A DNA stretch of 64,000 bases from a virus. Its lineage: Duplodnaviria > Caudoviricetes. Below are positions 62,507 to 64,000 of this stretch, piece by piece. Every line of letters begins with the position of its first letter. The stretch's first letter is position 1. Made by a program: the position numbers and the translations under genes. The stretch is from the IMG/VR virus record IMGVR_UViG_3300037467_001237, positions 6,370 to 70,369 of that record. One strand, written 5' to 3'. Under the pieces are notes generated by a model, which searched no databases, was not told the origin of the DNA, and worked only from the letters and a program-made list of their open reading frames with translations.

Positions 62507-63823
62507 TTATCGCGCCATGAATGGGATGTGGACCGCTCGGGTGGGGTTCTTTCCGAACTTAGTGAAGCAGAAGTACCCCGCTGCGTCGCATACGTGATCG
62601 AGCGTCGTGGAATTGTCGCTCAGGAACGTCTGTGTCTTGTCGGGGTCAGAGGTGCCTTCCTTGAACGACAGCCTCTCGAATGCTTCGATCGACTTCTTGC
62701 ACGACGCATCGACGAACAGCCGGCGCTCGCCGGCCGCGTTCTCGAACAGCGCGTTGACCACGTTGATGCGGTCGCGCACCAGCGGGTGGCTGGACATCGC
62801 CAGCACCGTGAACCCCTCCTTGCGGAGGATCGAGATGTCCGTCTCGCCCTGCGCCGAGGTGCGCCGCTGCGCGCCCGCCGGATCTGGGTAGATGTGGATG
62901 TGTCTGAGCTGCTGTCCCTGCGGCTGGTACTGGCGCGCGTAGCGGCGCTTCAGTTCTTGACACATCTCAAACGTGTTGGAAGACGGGATCTGGATCTCAT
63001 GGATCTGCCAGATCTCGCCGTTCGGCTGCACTTGAAACAGAACAGCCGTCATGGGATTTACGTTGAAGTCCATGCCCACATGCAGATCCTTGTTCGGATC
63101 GTATGGGCACGACTTCACGCTCGCCTTGCGGTCAAATGAGTAATACACCCGCCCGCCGAAGCTCTCAAATGTTGCTTCGTACTCCTGGCGATACGTTCTA
63201 GGATCAAGCTCGCGCTTTGCCCGCTCGATCTCGTGCGGAGGAACGTTCCCGCCGTCGAGCGTCGTGTAGAGCCACGACTTCGTTTCGGGATCTCCATCCG
63301 GTTGACCCGCAAGCCAGCCATCGTAAAAGTGATTATACCCCTTACCCGTGCCGATAAACAGCGCGTGCCCTTGCGCTGTACTTAGCATGGGCCGCACGAC
63401 CTCGTCCCAGGCTTGAGGCGGGCAGTCCGCCCACTCGTCGCCGACGAAGAACCACAGGCCGGAGCCGCGCAGGTTGTCGTAGTTGTCTAGGCCAACGATC
63501 CGAAACACATGACCCGTCTTCAAGGTCATGTAGCACTCCGTCTCGTTCGTGGACTTGATCCACGAGCGAGGGATGGCGCGCTTTGCCCTAGACCAGAATA
63601 CTCGCTTGGCCTGTTTGAATGTAGGCGCCCCATACCAGACCTCATCGTCAGTAGAAACATTGCGTTCTACTGCAAGTCTGAGTGCGCGCCTGATCTCGGC
63701 AGATGTTAAGAAAGTTTTCCCAAAACGGCGTCCGCAGCATGCATAGCGAAACCTTGCATACGACTGCCAGCCGTGCAGGTAGATGTTACTCTGCTTCGGA
63801 GTAAGTCGAATGCCGTCGGACAT
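62507..63823 (-). CDS. terL: Terminase large subunit
   Basis: CGRRFGKT Walker A, FFVGDEW Walker B, GTGKGYNHFY, GMDFN, DPAG, DHVCDA. Confidence 0.93.
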   Translation of the reverse strand: MSDGIRLTPKQSNIYLHGWQSYARFRYACCGRRFGKTFLTSAEIRRALRLAVERNVSTDDEVWYGAPTFKQAKRVFWSRAKRAIPRSWIKSTNETECYMTLKTGHVFRIVGLDNYDNLRGSGLWFFVGDEWADCPPQAWDEVVRPMLSTAQGHALFIGTGKGYNHFYDGWLAGQPDGDPETKSWLYTTLDGGNVPPHEIERAKRELDPRTYRQEYEATFESFGGRVYYSFDRKASVKSCPYDPNKDLHVGMDFNVNPMTAVLFQVQPNGEIWQIHEIQIPSSNTFEMCQELKRRYARQYQPQGQQLRHIHIYPDPAGAQRRTSAQGETDISILRKEGFTVLAMSSHPLVRDRINVVNALFENAAGERRLFVDASCKKSIEAFERLSFKEGTSDPDKTQTFLSDNSTTLDHVCDAAGYFCFTKFGKNPTRAVHIPFMAR

Positions 63824-63900
63824 TATATTCCGTTATGCTTTGGCGGCCCACATGCTTGAGGTGGATTCCCTCGGGCGCGGCCGCGTGCTAGGAAGCGCCC

Positions 63901-64000
63901 ATGACCGAGCAAGACCTCATCGAGCAGCTCGCCGCCGCCCTGTTCGCGGAGATGCGTAAGGCTCCGCCCGTGCGCGATGCGCTGGTCGAGCCGCTGACCC
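63901..64000 (+). CDS. 5' fragment of a hypothetical protein truncated by the window end
   Basis: ATG at 63901, MTEQDLIEQLAAALFAEMR..., open to the end. Confidence 0.45.
   Translation, partial: MTEQDLIEQLAAALFAEMRKAPPVRDALVEPLT

Noticed and set aside
1-64000. tRNA/rRNA genes, integrase, att sites, group I/II introns
   Set aside because: No recognisable motifs by eye; HNH genes lie between intact ORFs rather than within them. tRNAscan/Infernal were not run.

Overview
The window is a GC-rich, alphaproteobacterial (Methylobacterium-like, by inference) temperate myovirus, probably nearly complete and probably a phage-plasmid. Left to right: a serine resolvase, small ORFs and a NusG-like antiterminator (1-5.7 kb); a solo TnpB element; a leftward replication module (primase-SF3 helicase, SSB-like protein, Cas4-like exonuclease, VRR-NUC, dCMP deaminase); a cro/cI switch (15.2-15.9 kb); a rightward early region with regulators, ParA/RHH partition genes and a Rep-like gene (16.7-29.1 kb); and a long leftward late region with terminase, portal, capsid, contractile tail, baseplate, fibres and lysis genes (63.8 to 29.2 kb). 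The main result is two loci in which a ~190-aa RAMP/Cas7-like gene sits beside non-coding arrays of phased pentamers made of a fixed triplet plus a variable dinucleotide. Locus 2 (51.0-51.9 kb) has GGY-NN units, matching what I recall of VIPR RNA-guided systems. Locus 1 (17.6-18.8 kb) has CGC-NN units separated by a covarying 54-nt RNA module and looks like a different-code variant. Read with every third target base skipped, one GGY-NN guide matches the neighbouring tail-chaperone gene at 24/28 positions, with all four mismatches at first codon positions. This suggests it targets the homologous gene of a competing relative. All calls come from manual motif recognition; no database search was run.
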